Source: Sphingomonas sp. 32-62-10 (GTDB lineage: Bacteria; Pseudomonadota; Alphaproteobacteria; Sphingomonadales; Sphingomonadaceae). Taken from it: a stretch of 64,000 nt of DNA. The notes beneath the pieces were generated by a model, which saw only the letters and a list, made by a program, of their open reading frames with translations, was not told the DNA's origin and ran no database searches. The stretch covers positions 55,019 to 119,018 of the forward strand of contig NZ_NCEE01000005.1 of the NCBI RefSeq assembly GCF_002280555.1. Reading direction: 5' to 3'. The position numbers were made by a program, and so were the translations under genes. How positions within the stretch are numbered: position 1 is the stretch's first letter; each line of letters opens with the position of its first letter. Below, piece after piece: positions 1-10,106 of this stretch.

Positions 1-125
1 GACATCCGGCCCGCGCTGTCGGTTATTTGCATATCGCTTCTCCGTCCATAGGCCGATCGGATTGATCGGCTTTCAATGGCGGAGACGGACAACACGGCGT
101 TGAATCGACAGAATCGCGCAAAAAA

Positions 126-2354
126 TTATGCGGCGGGCGCACCCATTAGCGCAGGGAAGAAGCCCTGATGGGCGGTACGAAGGTCAACCAGGCTGACGAC
201 ATGGTCGGTCGCCGGGCATTCGATGATCAGCCGGTTGGCAATGGTGCGGCCGATCCGCTCGACATTGACGCCAGCATCGATCGACGCATGCAGAAAATCG
301 TTCAGCAGTTCGTCGCGGACGGTCGCGACATAAAGCGCCTGATCCTCAGCGAAATAGGTGGGTGCCAGCCCATACGGCAAAGGCGCGCTGATCATCGCGC
401 CAATGTTCCCCGCGAGCGCCATTTCGGCGATCGTGACGATCAGGCCGCCGTCGGATACATCATGTACCGCGCTGAGCGCGCCTTTTTCGATTTGCGCGCG
501 GACGAAATCACCATTGGCGCGCTCGGCGGTCAGGTCGACGCGGGGCGGGGGACCTTCCTCTCGACCATGAAGCTCGCGCAACCATAGCGACTGGCCGAGA
601 TGATAGGCAGGCGTACCAATGAGTACGATGACGTCGCCGGTGCCTTTAAAGGCAATCGTGGCTGATTTGGTCCAGTCGGCCAGCAACCCAACACCACCGA
701 TCGCCGGGGTTGGAAGGATGGCGCTGCCGCTGCCGTCGTCATTCTTGGTTTCGTTGTAGAGCGACACATTGCCGCTCACGATCGGGAAATCGAGCGCGGC
801 ACAGGCCGCCGCCATGCCCTCGATACAGCCGACGAACTGACCCATGATCTCGGGCCGCTGCGGGTTGCCGAAATTCATGCAATCGGTCGTGGCGAGCGGC
901 TTCGCTCCGACCGCGCAAAGATTGCGATAAGCCTCTGCAATGGCCTGTTTCCCGCCCTCGACTGGATCGGCGAAGCAGTAACGAGGCGTGCAATCGGTGG
1001 TAATGGCAAGTGCCTTGTTCGTGCCGTGGACGCGCACCACCGCGGAGTCGCCGCCGGGGGGCTGGACGGTGTCGCCGCCCACTTTCTGGTCATATTGCTC
1101 CCAGATCCAGCGCCGGCTGGCGAGATCGGGCGAGGCCATGAGCGCAAGCAGATCGGCGGCGACATCGCTGCATTCGGGGACATCGACCAGCGCCTTGGCA
1201 GGCGGGGTGGGCACCCATGGCCGGTCATAGGCGGGCGCATCATCGGCGAGCGGGCCGAGCGGGATGTCGGCAACCGTCTCGCCGTGATGGACGAGAACCA
1301 TGCGACCGGTATCCGTCACTTCGCCGATCACCGCGAAATCCAGTTCCCATTTGCGGAAAATAGCTTCGGCGAAGTCCTCGCGGCCGGGCTTGAGGACCAT
1401 CAGCATGCGCTCCTGGCTCTCGCTCAGCATCATTTCGTACGCAGTCATGCCGGTTTCGCGCTGCGGGACCTTGTCCATGTCGAGCCGGATGCCGACGCCG
1501 CCCTTCGACGCCATTTCCACCGACGAGGAAGTGAGGCCGGCGGCCCCCATGTCCTGAATGGCGACGATCGCGTCGCTCGCCATCAGTTCCAGACACGCCT
1601 CGATCAGCAATTTCTCGGTAAATGGGTCGCCGACCTGGACCGTCGGGCGCTTTTCCTCCGAATCTTCGGAAAAATCGGCGCTGGCCATCGTTGCGCCGTG
1701 AATGCCGTCGCGTCCGGTTTTCGAGCCAACATAAACGATCGAGTTGCCGACGCCGGATGCCGCCGAATAAAAGATCTTGTCCTGATCGGCGATGCCGACC
1801 GTCATTGCGTTGACCAAGATGTTGCCGTCATAGGCCCGATGGAAATTCACCTCGCCGCCAACGGTTGGCACGCCGACGCAATTTCCATAGCCGCCGATGC
1901 CATGGACCACGCCCGCGATCAGGTGGCGCATCTTGGGGTGATCGGGCCGCCCGAAGCGGAGCGCGTTCATGTTCGCAACCGGGCGCGCGCCCATCGTGAA
2001 CACATCGCGTAAAATGCCGCCTACGCCGGTCGCGGCGCCCTGATAGGGCTCGATATAGCTCGGGTGGTTGTGGCTCTCCATCTTGAAGATCGCCGCCTGA
2101 CCATCGCCGATATCGATCACGCCTGCATTTTCGCCTGGGCCGCAGATCACCTGCGGGCCAGTAGTCGGTAGTTTTTTCAGATGGACGCGGCTCGATTTAT
2201 AGCTGCAATGCTCGGACCACATCACCGAAAAGATGCCGAGCTCGGTCAGGTTCGGCTCACGCCCCATCGCGGTAAGGACGCGCTCATATTCTTCCGGGGA
2301 CAGCCCGTGTTGGGCGACGATCTGCGGGGTGATGGCGCTCATCTGCTCGCGCAT
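126..2354 (-). CDS. purL: Phosphoribosylformylglycinamidine synthase subunit PurL
   Basis: Long ORF with PurL-type N-terminus ([29 protein letters not shown]) and duplicated AIR-synthase-like domains. The start is unresolved among GTG 2378, ATG 2354 and ATG 2342. Confidence 0.95.
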   Translation of the reverse strand: MREQMSAITPQIVAQHGLSPEEYERVLTAMGREPNLTELGIFSVMWSEHCSYKSSRVHLKKLPTTGPQVICGPGENAGVIDIGDGQAAIFKMESHNHPSYIEPYQGAATGVGGILRDVFTMGARPVANMNALRFGRPDHPKMRHLIAGVVHGIGGYGNCVGVPTVGGEVNFHRAYDGNILVNAMTVGIADQDKIFYSAASGVGNSIVYVGSKTGRDGIHGATMASADFSEDSEEKRPTVQVGDPFTEKLLIEACLELMASDAIVAIQDMGAAGLTSSSVEMASKGGVGIRLDMDKVPQRETGMTAYEMMLSESQERMLMVLKPGREDFAEAIFRKWELDFAVIGEVTDTGRMVLVHHGETVADIPLGPLADDAPAYDRPWVPTPPAKALVDVPECSDVAADLLALMASPDLASRRWIWEQYDQKVGGDTVQPPGGDSAVVRVHGTNKALAITTDCTPRYCFADPVEGGKQAIAEAYRNLCAVGAKPLATTDCMNFGNPQRPEIMGQFVGCIEGMAAACAALDFPIVSGNVSLYNETKNDDGSGSAILPTPAIGGVGLLADWTKSATIAFKGTGDVIVLIGTPAYHLGQSLWLRELHGREEGPPPRVDLTAERANGDFVRAQIEKGALSAVHDVSDGGLIVTIAEMALAGNIGAMISAPLPYGLAPTYFAEDQALYVATVRDELLNDFLHASIDAGVNVERIGRTIANRLIIECPATDHVVSLVDLRTAHQGFFPALMGAPAA

Positions 2355-2597
2355 AGCGCCATGCGGGCGATGCGTCACCCCCGGTTTGCAACCCTGGTGT
2401 CACCACACCTTGCTTTGACCTGATAGTTAATGCCACGAAAGCCATAGATTTAAATGATCAATAAAGATGGTCGATCATGACTAACATTGCTAGTTAATAC
2501 AATATTCGGTAAAACTAAGTCATGATAAACGTCGCAAACAGCATTTAGTGACGTTTGCTTGATAATATCGCCTCGTTCGATTTTGCGAGGGGATAAC

Positions 2598-3149
2598 ATG
2601 AAACGCCAAATCACCATCGATGATGCTTGGGTATCAGACGGTTCGGAGAAGACATCTCAGCGGCTCATCAAGCCGCTTTCCTTTATACCGATGTTCGCAC
2701 GGGGCGGCGACACGCTGCAGCGTCTGGCCGCCGAAGCAAAGCGCCGCCCGGACGATGCCAGTGCGTTCGAGAAGCTTGGCATCGCCTATGCCAATGCTGG
2801 GGATCATGTCCAAGCGGCGCAGGCCCTGACCGAATCAGTGGCGATTGATCCCAGCCGAAGCCGTGCCTGGTCGGCATTAGGAGAAGCGCAGACCCGCGTC
2901 GCCGGGGCAGAGCAGGGCCCGATCCCGCATGCCGCCCGCCGATCGTTCGAACAAGCGCTGGCACTTGATCCGGAAGATGTTCGCGCACAATTCTATCTTG
3001 CGGTCGACAAGGATGCAGAGGGCGCGCGTGAGCAGGCGATAGAAGACTGGATGAATCTGCTTCGCACGGTTCGCCACGGCTCTGGCCCGGACGAAAAGAT
3101 ACGTGCCGCCATTTTGGCCTCGTTATCGCGCGAGATGCAGACCGACTAA
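2598..3149 (+). CDS. TPR-repeat protein (CcmI/CycH-like TPR module)
   Basis: Helical TPR-like repeats (GIAYANAGDHVQAAQALTESVAIDP; FEQALALDPEDVRAQFYLA). ATG 2598 is preceded by GAGGGGA. The track ORF begins earlier at TTG 2559. Confidence 0.6.
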   Translation: MKRQITIDDAWVSDGSEKTSQRLIKPLSFIPMFARGGDTLQRLAAEAKRRPDDASAFEKLGIAYANAGDHVQAAQALTESVAIDPSRSRAWSALGEAQTRVAGAEQGPIPHAARRSFEQALALDPEDVRAQFYLAVDKDAEGAREQAIEDWMNLLRTVRHGSGPDEKIRAAILASLSREMQTD

Positions 3150-3163
3150 TCGGGCAGTCAGGT

Positions 3164-3835
3164 TCAGCCAGTCGCTGGTGCTGTGGTATGGGCACGCGGC
3201 ACCAGCCAAGTGGAAAACCGCCATCCTGCCAAGGCACCGGCGAATTGAGCGATGATGAAACCGGGCGCATCCAGCGGCCGGATTCCCGCAAAACTATCCG
3301 TCAGTGCCCGCGCGATCGTAATCGCCGGATTGGCAAAGCTCGTTGATGCGGTGAACCAGTAGCCCGCAACGATCCACAGCGCCACCAGCGCCGGCACGGC
3401 ATCGGGGCGCTGGCGACTGCCAACGACGATGGTGAACAGCAAGCCAAAGGTCGCGACGAACTCCCCGATCCACTGGCCGGGACCGGTCCGGATTTTCGAC
3501 CCGAACTCGATTAGCGGCATTTCGAACATCGCGTGCACCATCAACACGCCGATGATGCCGCCCGACAGTTGTGCGAGGGTAAAGGGTAGCCAGTCACATC
3601 GTGCGCCGAGCAATATCGTCACCGCCGGATTGAAATGCGCGCCTGAAACCGGCCCCAGCAGCGTGATGAGCACATAGAGCACGGCGCCCGTCGAAGCTGT
3701 GTTGCCGATCAGCGCGACCGCGACATTGCCACCCGCCAGCCGCTCGGCCATCACGCCCGAGCCGACAACGGTTGCGAACAAGATCAGCGAGCCGATGAAC
3801 TCCGCCGCCAGCGCACGGTTGGTCACTGGGTTCAC
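3164..3835 (-). CDS. aqpS: MIP-family aquaglyceroporin, AqpS-like arsenite channel
   Basis: Two NPA boxes (HFNPAVT, FANPAIT) and multiple TM segments. GTG 3835 overlaps the arsC stop (GTGA). It is the last gene of the ars operon. Confidence 0.85.
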   Translation of the reverse strand: MNPVTNRALAAEFIGSLILFATVVGSGVMAERLAGGNVAVALIGNTASTGAVLYVLITLLGPVSGAHFNPAVTILLGARCDWLPFTLAQLSGGIIGVLMVHAMFEMPLIEFGSKIRTGPGQWIGEFVATFGLLFTIVVGSRQRPDAVPALVALWIVAGYWFTASTSFANPAITIARALTDSFAGIRPLDAPGFIIAQFAGALAGWRFSTWLVPRAHTTAPATG

Positions 3836-4188
3836 AAAATTTCGTGCACGGTCTCGGGCGGGCGGCAAAGCCGGACACCCTTGTCGGTTTCGACCAGCGG
3901 GCGCTGTATCAGCGCCGGATGCGCCATCATCGCGTCAAGGATCGTCGCTTCATCGGCATCCTTGAGCCCAAGGTCGGCGACCAGTTCGGCGGCCGGGGAA
4001 TTGGTGGTCCGCATCGCCTGACGGTGCGTCAGCCCAGCGTCGCGGTGCAGTTGCACGAGCTTGTCGCGAGTCGGTGGGTCTTTCAGATATTCGATGACCG
4101 TCAGCTCGATTCCTGCCGTTTCCTGCAGGATCGCGACCGTGCTGCGCGAGGTGCCACAGGCCGGATTATGCCAGATCGTTGCTCTCAT
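3832..4188 (-). CDS. arsC: Arsenate reductase, glutaredoxin-coupled ArsC family
   Basis: MRATIWHNPACGTSR N-terminal catalytic Cys motif. The ATG overlaps the upstream stop (TAATG). Confidence 0.9.
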   Translation of the reverse strand: MRATIWHNPACGTSRSTVAILQETAGIELTVIEYLKDPPTRDKLVQLHRDAGLTHRQAMRTTNSPAAELVADLGLKDADEATILDAMMAHPALIQRPLVETDKGVRLCRPPETVHEIL

Positions 4189-4613
4189 TACGCGCAGCCG
4201 CAGGCCGATTTGGCGGTCAGCGCATCGATCGTCGCCGAGGTGCCATAGGTGGTCGATTCGCCCTGCGTCAGAAAGGTTTCCCAAACCACGCCTTGTGGAT
4301 CGGTGATCCAACTCTTTTCGGATTTGGCATAGCAGCAGGTCGTTTCCCCTTCCTCGACGACGGGCGCATCGGCCTTGGCGATCCGGGAATAGACTTCGGC
4401 GAGTTCGCCGGCATCCTCGACCTGGATGCCGAGATGTTCGATGCCTGCCGCAGTGCCGCGTGCTGAAATCGCAAAATTCACACGGGGGTCATCGAGCATC
4501 CACTTGGCGTAATCGGGCTTGATCACCGTCGGCTCGGTCGCGAACAGCGTCGAGTAAAAGCCGACCGAGCGGTCGAGATCATCGACAGCGACATGGACAT
4601 GCAAGCGTTTCAT
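4188..4613 (-). CDS. arsI: ArsI/CadI-family VOC (glyoxalase-fold) metalloenzyme
   Basis: Glyoxalase-fold N-terminus (MKRLHVHVAVDDLDRSVGFY). Vicinal Cys pair in TTCCYA followed by W..DP.G..WE.F, as in the ArsI C-As lyase/CadI family. ATGA overlap with arsR. Confidence 0.8.
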   Translation of the reverse strand: MKRLHVHVAVDDLDRSVGFYSTLFATEPTVIKPDYAKWMLDDPRVNFAISARGTAAGIEHLGIQVEDAGELAEVYSRIAKADAPVVEEGETTCCYAKSEKSWITDPQGVVWETFLTQGESTTYGTSATIDALTAKSACGCA

Positions 4614-4948
4614 GCGGCGTTCCTTTCGGTGGGGAGTTCGGCTTCGGCAGGCGCGCAATCTGCGCCGCCACAGCAGTTTTCGGTGAGATAGCGAACAAGC
4701 CCAGTCATCGCGGCAAAATCGGCGGTGTAGATGATGGATCGTCCGGCGCGCGTCGGCTGGATCAATCCCGCGCGCTCAAGCTGGGCCAGATGAAATGACA
4801 GCGACGATGCAGGAACCGAAAGCAACACCGCAATCTCGCCAGCCGCCAACCCCTTCGGTCCCGCCGCGACAAGCGCGCGGAATGCAGCCAGCCGGTGTGG
4901 CTGGGCGAGTGCACTGAGCGCGGTGATGATCGGGCCCGAGTCGTTCAT
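4610..4948 (-). CDS. arsR: ArsR/SmtB-family metalloregulator
   Basis: Winged-HTH (LSALAQPHRLAAFRAL...SSLSFHLAQLERAGLI) and a C-terminal Cys cluster (ENCCGGADC). ATG 4948 is preferred over the TTG 4987 track start. Confidence 0.85.
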   Translation of the reverse strand: MNDSGPIITALSALAQPHRLAAFRALVAAGPKGLAAGEIAVLLSVPASSLSFHLAQLERAGLIQPTRAGRSIIYTADFAAMTGLVRYLTENCCGGADCAPAEAELPTERNAA

Positions 4949-4974
4949 TTCGATAATTCGAATAATATCGAAAT
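4949..4974. promoter_or_regulatory. Candidate ArsR operator (inverted repeat)
   Basis: Perfect 8-bp inverted repeat TTTCGATA-N10-TATCGAAA in an AT-rich patch immediately 5' of the arsR ATG. Confidence 0.5.
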
Positions 4975-4983
4975 GATGAAGGG

Positions 4984-5664
4984 TCAATGCCCCGGCTGCA
5001 CTCGCAAATCACGCCCGCTCGCCATCCACCAGGCGATCGCAGCCATCAGAACATAAGCGAACAAACCCAACGGGGCCATTTCAACGGGGGGTGGATCGAT
5101 GATCGTGGTTGGCTGCGGGCCGAACCAGTTGAACGCCTGCAAGCCCGCCATCACGAGCGCGAGCAGCCAGGGGCCAAACCGGCCCGCTGCTCCAGTGGCT
5201 TGGGTGCGGGACAGATACCAGGCAAGCCCGCCATAAGCGAAGAACAGCTCCAGCGGCATTTCGATCAGGGGGTAGTTCCACAGCCCAAACCCGAATTTGG
5301 GGGGAGTGCCGATGATCGTCAGATCTTGCGTATGAACGAGCAGGTCGATCACCCAGTGGGAGAGCACGACGATGCCGCCAATCGCCGCGGTTGCTGTGCT
5401 GCGCGTCAACATCAGGATCAGGATGGCCAGCCCGACGCTCCAGGCGATCGCGCCGACCAGCGAATGCGTCCAGGGCATCCAGTACAGGTCCATCGGGTTC
5501 ATCGCGGTCATGCCCGGCACCAGCCGTGCTTTCTCGATGCCTGCGATCAGGAAACCGAAAAAGCCGAAATCGATCAACTGGGCTGCGACGAACAGCGTGC
5601 CGAGCGGCGGCGCCTTGGGCTGGGTCGCCGCCACGAAAGACACGCCATAATGGCCGATGAACAT
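4984..5664 (-). CDS. Polytopic inner-membrane protein of unknown function (possibly YdjM/DUF457-like hydrolase)
   Basis: 226-aa ORF with about 6 hydrophobic helices and conserved His residues (GHYG, WTHSL, SHWVIDLLVH). TAATG overlap with the upstream hydrolase gene. Confidence 0.5.
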   Translation of the reverse strand: MFIGHYGVSFVAATQPKAPPLGTLFVAAQLIDFGFFGFLIAGIEKARLVPGMTAMNPMDLYWMPWTHSLVGAIAWSVGLAILILMLTRSTATAAIGGIVVLSHWVIDLLVHTQDLTIIGTPPKFGFGLWNYPLIEMPLELFFAYGGLAWYLSRTQATGAAGRFGPWLLALVMAGLQAFNWFGPQPTTIIDPPPVEMAPLGLFAYVLMAAIAWWMASGRDLRVQPGH

Positions 5665-6632
5665 TACTTCGCTCCGGCGGTGGGTCGGGTTTTCAGTTCC
5701 ATGAAGCGGTACACGTCGGCCGCGCTTTGATCGGCGCGTTCTTCCATCGGGATATGGCCGGTTTTGGGATAGATGATCAGTTCGGCCCCGGCGATCCGCT
5801 TGGCGAGCCAGCGACCGGATGAGGCGGGGATCAACTGGTCCTCATCCCCCCACAGGATGAGCGTCGGCGTCTTGATCCTCGCGAGCTTGGCGTCGGTGGC
5901 GTAATCGGGCTTGGTGGCAAACCGATCGATCGTCGCCTCGCGATTGCCGGGATAGCGCAGCAATTCCCAATAGAGATCGATCGCCTTGTCGTCAGCCAGC
6001 TTTGGGTCGCTGAACGCTGCGGGCAAGCCGTCGGCAATCAGTGATCGCGGCGTGATCATCGTCGCGAGATTGCGCACCACCGGCAGCCGCGCGATCCGGA
6101 AGGCGAGCGGAGGGTTCTGGTTATTGGGCTCGGGCTGGCCCGACGCATCTACCAGGATCAACCCGGTCAGATGCTCCGGATACGACAGCGCATAATGCCA
6201 CGCGACGCCGCCGCCCATCGAATTGCCGCCGAGCACCATTTTGTCGACGCCCAGCTTGGCGCGCACTTTCTCGACCACATCGACAAAAGCAACCGCGCTG
6301 TAGAGCTTGGCGGGGCTCGGCCCCGTCAAGCCGTGCCCGGGCAGGTCGAAACGGATGATGCGATACCGTTCGCCCAGTCGTTTCGCCCAGGGTTCCCAGG
6401 TATGCAGCGACGCGTTGGAGCCGTGGATCAGCATCAACACCGGCGCATCGCGCGGGCCGGTGTCGCGCAGATGCACCGTCAACCCACCGCCCAGATCGAC
6501 GAACTGTGATGGCGCTGCGCCATACTTCGCGCGCATCGCCGCCGGATCGGTATCGGGCGTGCGGAAATAAATGAAGGCAGCACTCGCCACGATCAGCAGA
6601 ACGAGCAGCAGCCACCCCAAAAACTTGCGCAT
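5664..6632 (-). CDS. Alpha/beta-fold hydrolase with N-terminal membrane anchor
   Basis: HGSNAS oxyanion region and GNSMGG nucleophile elbow. N-terminal TM segment (FLGWLLLVLLIVASAAFIYF). Confidence 0.85.
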   Translation of the reverse strand: MRKFLGWLLLVLLIVASAAFIYFRTPDTDPAAMRAKYGAAPSQFVDLGGGLTVHLRDTGPRDAPVLMLIHGSNASLHTWEPWAKRLGERYRIIRFDLPGHGLTGPSPAKLYSAVAFVDVVEKVRAKLGVDKMVLGGNSMGGGVAWHYALSYPEHLTGLILVDASGQPEPNNQNPPLAFRIARLPVVRNLATMITPRSLIADGLPAAFSDPKLADDKAIDLYWELLRYPGNREATIDRFATKPDYATDAKLARIKTPTLILWGDEDQLIPASSGRWLAKRIAGAELIIYPKTGHIPMEERADQSAADVYRFMELKTRPTAGAK

Positions 6633-6682
6633 TCGCTATCCCCTGCGGCGTTGCCTATCGTCGATTGATCAGCCCGTGGTGC

Positions 6683-8041
6683 TCAGCTTTGATCGTCCTG
6701 CCGGGCCAGCCATTCCTCGAGCCACTTGATCGTATAATCGCCCTTCTGGAAATCAGGTTCGTCGAGCAGCGCCTGGTGGAGCGGGATCGTGGTTTTCATG
6801 CCGTCGATCACGAATTCCTTCAGCGCCCGGCGCAGGCGGCGCAGTGCGCCATTGCGGGTGGTGCCATAGACGATCAGCTTGGCGATCATGCTGTCGTAAT
6901 AGGGGGGCACGCGGTAGCCTGCATATAGCCCGCTATCGACGCGCACATTCATGCCTCCTGGTGCGTGGAACTGCTTCACCAGACCAGGGGAGGGGGCGAA
7001 GGTACGCGGGTCTTCGGCGTTGATCCGGCATTCGATCGCATGGCCGCGAAACACCACGTCCTGCTGCCGCAGCGTCAGCGGATGCCCCTCGGCAATGCGG
7101 ATTTGTTCGCGCACCAGATCAAGCCCGGTGATCATCTCCGTCACCGGATGTTCCACCTGCAGCCGGGTGTTCATTTCGATGAAATAGAACTCGCCGTCTT
7201 CCCAAAGAAACTCGATTGTTCCCGCGCCGCGATAGCCCATATCGGCCATTGCCTTGGAAACGATGCCGCCCATCCGCTCGCGATCTTCAGCGCCAAGCAC
7301 GGGCGAGGGAGCTTCCTCGAGCACCTTCTGGTGGCGGCGCTGGAGCGAGCAATCGCGTTCCCCCAGATGGATCGCGTTGCCATTGCCGTCGCCAAACACC
7401 TGGAATTCGATGTGGCGCGGATTGCCGAGATATTTTTCGAGATAAACGGTCGCGTCGCCAAAGGCCGCTTTCGCCTCGGTGCCGGCCTGCTGCATCTGGG
7501 TTTCGAGATCGGCAGCGTTGTTGACCACCTTCATGCCGCGACCGCCGCCGCCCGATGCCGCCTTGATGATGACGGGATAGCCGACGCGCTCGGCAATCGC
7601 CTTGGCTTCGGTGATTTCGCTGATCGCCCCATCCGATCCGGGGACGAGCGGCAGCCCGAGCGCGCCCGCAGTGCGCTTCGCCTCCACCTTATCGCCCATC
7701 GTGCGGATATGTTCGGGCTTGGGGCCGACAAAAATGATGTCGTGCGCCTCGACGATTTCGGCGAACTTGGCGTTCTCGCTCAGGAAACCATAACCCGGGT
7801 GGATCGCGTCTGCGCCCGATATCTCGGCGGCCGAAATGATATTCGGGATGTTGAGATAGCTTTCGGTCGCTGCGGGCGGCCCGATGCAGATCGCTTGATC
7901 AGCCAGCCGCACATGCATGGCATCGGCATCGGCGGTCGAATGCACCGCGACCGTCTCAATGCCCATTTCGTGACAGGCGCGGTGGATACGGAGCGCGATT
8001 TCGCCGCGATTGGCGATCAACAGCTTCTTGATTTGCGCCAT
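6683..8041 (-). CDS. accC: Acetyl-CoA carboxylase biotin carboxylase subunit
   Basis: [20 protein letters not shown]-terminus and ATP-grasp motifs throughout. Lies directly downstream of accB. Confidence 0.97.
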   Translation of the reverse strand: MAQIKKLLIANRGEIALRIHRACHEMGIETVAVHSTADADAMHVRLADQAICIGPPAATESYLNIPNIISAAEISGADAIHPGYGFLSENAKFAEIVEAHDIIFVGPKPEHIRTMGDKVEAKRTAGALGLPLVPGSDGAISEITEAKAIAERVGYPVIIKAASGGGGRGMKVVNNAADLETQMQQAGTEAKAAFGDATVYLEKYLGNPRHIEFQVFGDGNGNAIHLGERDCSLQRRHQKVLEEAPSPVLGAEDRERMGGIVSKAMADMGYRGAGTIEFLWEDGEFYFIEMNTRLQVEHPVTEMITGLDLVREQIRIAEGHPLTLRQQDVVFRGHAIECRINAEDPRTFAPSPGLVKQFHAPGGMNVRVDSGLYAGYRVPPYYDSMIAKLIVYGTTRNGALRRLRRALKEFVIDGMKTTIPLHQALLDEPDFQKGDYTIKWLEEWLARQDDQS

Positions 8042-8042
8042 G

Positions 8043-8528
8043 TTATTCGACGACAACCAGTGGCTGATCGAACTCGACGGGCTGGCCATTTTCGACGAGC
8101 AGCGTCTTCACCGTCCCGCCCGATGGCGCGAGGATGGGGTTCATCACCTTCATCGCCTCGATGATCACCAGCGTATCGCCGGCGGCAACCTTGTCGCCGA
8201 CCGACACGAATGGCTTCGCGCCCGGCTCTGCGGACAGGTAAACGGTGCCTACCATTGGCGATTTGACGGCATTAGCGCTGCTCGGCGCCGGGGCTGCTTC
8301 CATAGGGACAGCGACAGGCGCAGCGGGTGCAGCCGCTGGGGCAGGGGCATAAACCGGAGCCGGCGCCGCGGCCGCGACGGTCATGGTCCGCGCCACGCGC
8401 ACCCGGCGGGGACCATCCTCAACCTCGATTTCGGTCAACTGCGTGTCATCAAGCAGTTCGGCCAACTGGCGCACCATCGCCACGTCGATCCGCATCGGTC
8501 CTTCGTCTGCCCCCGTATTCTCCGACAT
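8043..8528 (-). CDS. accB: Biotin carboxyl carrier protein
   Basis: Ala/Pro linker and biotinyl-lysine motif EAMKVMN. ATG 8528 is preceded by AAGGGA. Confidence 0.95.
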   Translation of the reverse strand: MSENTGADEGPMRIDVAMVRQLAELLDDTQLTEIEVEDGPRRVRVARTMTVAAAAPAPVYAPAPAAAPAAPVAVPMEAAPAPSSANAVKSPMVGTVYLSAEPGAKPFVSVGDKVAAGDTLVIIEAMKVMNPILAPSGGTVKTLLVENGQPVEFDQPLVVVE

Positions 8529-8564
8529 GCCTATCCCTTTTTCCCTGTTTGACCGCATGTCCTG

Positions 8565-9047
8565 TCAGAACCGCGCCGCCGCTTCAAGCGCCAGCAGATA
8601 TGAAATCGCGCCGAAACCCGCGATCGTGCCTCGCGCAGCCTGGCCGACAAAGCTGGTGTGGCGGAATTCTTCGCGGGCATGCGGGTTGGACAGATGCACT
8701 TCGATTACCGGGGTGGTGACTGCCTTTACGGCATCGTGCAGCGCGATGGAGGTGTGGCCATAGCCCGCCGGGTTGAGAATAACCGCCTTCGCGCCGGTTG
8801 CCTGCGCTTCGTGGAGCCAGTCGATCAGATGCCCCTCATGGTTCGATTGCCGCATATCGATCGTCAGATCGAGTTTGCGGGCGCGGTCCTCCAGCATCCC
8901 GGCAATGTCATCCAGCGTATCATGCCCATAGATATCGGGCTCGCGCACGCCGAGCAGGTTGAGGTTCGGGCCGTTCAGAACGAAGACGGTATCGGTCAAA
9001 GCGATGGCTTTCGGTTGCGATCGGGCTTCGTACCCCATATCTGCCAC
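8565..9047 (-). CDS. aroQ: Type II 3-dehydroquinate dehydratase
   Basis: [19 protein letters not shown] motif and [13 protein letters not shown]. The start may be ATG 9038 instead. Confidence 0.95.
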   Translation of the reverse strand: MADMGYEARSQPKAIALTDTVFVLNGPNLNLLGVREPDIYGHDTLDDIAGMLEDRARKLDLTIDMRQSNHEGHLIDWLHEAQATGAKAVILNPAGYGHTSIALHDAVKAVTTPVIEVHLSNPHAREEFRHTSFVGQAARGTIAGFGAISYLLALEAAARF

Positions 9048-9049
9048 CC

Positions 9050-10054
9050 ATGCACAACGACAACATGGTTTTAGTCCACATCAATGGCGAGCCGCGCCGC
9101 GTTGGCGCCGGGCTCAGCCTGGCCGCCCTTGCCGAGCAGCTTGGCCTCGCGCCTGAAAAGGTCGCAGTCGAGCGCAATCTGGAGATCGTCCCCAGGTCGA
9201 CTCTCGCCAACGTGTTTGTAGAGCCAGGAGACGCGCTGGAAATTGTCCACTTTGTCGGTGGCGGGGATCAACAGCCTAATCTTGGTGGAGACAGCTGGTC
9301 GGTCGCCGGGCGGACGTTTCGTTCAAGGCTGATCGTCGGCACGGGCAAATACAAGGATTTCGCGCAGAACGCAGCGGCACTGGAAGCATCTGGCGCAGAG
9401 ATCGTCACCGTCGCGGTGCGGCGCGTGAACGTGTCCGATCCCAAGGCACCGATGCTGACCGATTTCATCGATCCTAAGAAGTTCACCTATCTGCCCAATA
9501 CCGCCGGGTGTTTCACCGGGGATGATGCGGTGCGCACGCTGCGGCTGGCGCGCGAGGCGGGCGGCTGGGATCTGGTGAAGCTCGAAGTGCTGGGCGAGGC
9601 GAAAACGCTCTATCCCGACATGGTCGAAACGCTGCGTGCGACGGAGATTCTGGCCAAGGAAGGCTTTCTGCCGATGGTCTATTGCGTCGATGATCCCATC
9701 GCCGCAAAGCGCTTGGAGGATGCGGGCGCGGTTGCGATCATGCCACTCGGCGCACCGATCGGATCGGGGCTCGGCATCCAGAACCGCGTGACGATCCGGC
9801 TGATCGTTGAAGGCGCAAGCGTGCCGGTGCTGGTCGATGCGGGCGTCGGCACTGCGTCCGACGCGGCCGTCGCGATGGAGCTTGGCTGTGACGGCGTGCT
9901 GATGAACACCGCGATCGCCGAGGCCAAGGATCCGATCATGATGGCCGCCGCGATGAAGCATGCGGTGGAGGCGGGTAGGCTCGCCTATCGCGCGGGCCGG
10001 ATGGGGTTGCGGCGCTACGCTGATCCATCGAGCCCGCTTGCGGGATTGATTTGA
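9050..10054 (+). CDS. thiG: Fused sulfur-carrier ThiS / thiazole synthase ThiG
   Basis: N-terminal about 66 aa are ThiS-like and end in VHFVGGG. The ORF continues in frame into ThiG (RLIVGTGKY...) with no stop between the modules. The start may be ATG 9065. Confidence 0.85.
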   Translation: MHNDNMVLVHINGEPRRVGAGLSLAALAEQLGLAPEKVAVERNLEIVPRSTLANVFVEPGDALEIVHFVGGGDQQPNLGGDSWSVAGRTFRSRLIVGTGKYKDFAQNAAALEASGAEIVTVAVRRVNVSDPKAPMLTDFIDPKKFTYLPNTAGCFTGDDAVRTLRLAREAGGWDLVKLEVLGEAKTLYPDMVETLRATEILAKEGFLPMVYCVDDPIAAKRLEDAGAVAIMPLGAPIGSGLGIQNRVTIRLIVEGASVPVLVDAGVGTASDAAVAMELGCDGVLMNTAIAEAKDPIMMAAAMKHAVEAGRLAYRAGRMGLRRYADPSSPLAGLI

Positions 10055-10106
10055 GCGTGTAACCTTGACCGCTCATGGTCGCGCCATTGTTGACCGGAGA
10101 GTTATC

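Noticed and set aside
52-73. Hairpin GCCGATC-GGATT-GATCGGC followed by TTT near the window start, a possible terminator
   Set aside because: The stem is short (7 bp) and the U-tract weak. The upstream gene context lies outside the window, and for purL (minus strand) there is no T-run. Evidence is insufficient.
1026-2012. Long antisense or alternative-frame ORFs inside strong genes. Examples: 1026-2012 in purL, 6965-8164 in accC, 12185-13762 in the TPP enzyme, 19188-20168 in the epimerase, 21202-22116 in qor, 27699-28901, 48491-49381 in crtF, 52102-53166 in bchY and 61194-62315 in acsF.
   Set aside because: Each overlaps a gene with clear conserved motifs on the other strand or frame. Their compositions are Arg/Ala/Gly/His-rich with no motifs, which is a GC-rich shadow-ORF artefact.
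8950-9064. TPP riboswitch (THI-box) upstream of thiSG
   Set aside because: No CTGAGA/ACCCTGATCTGGATAATGCCAGCG-like core is visible on the plus strand, and the region is occupied by the aroQ coding sequence.
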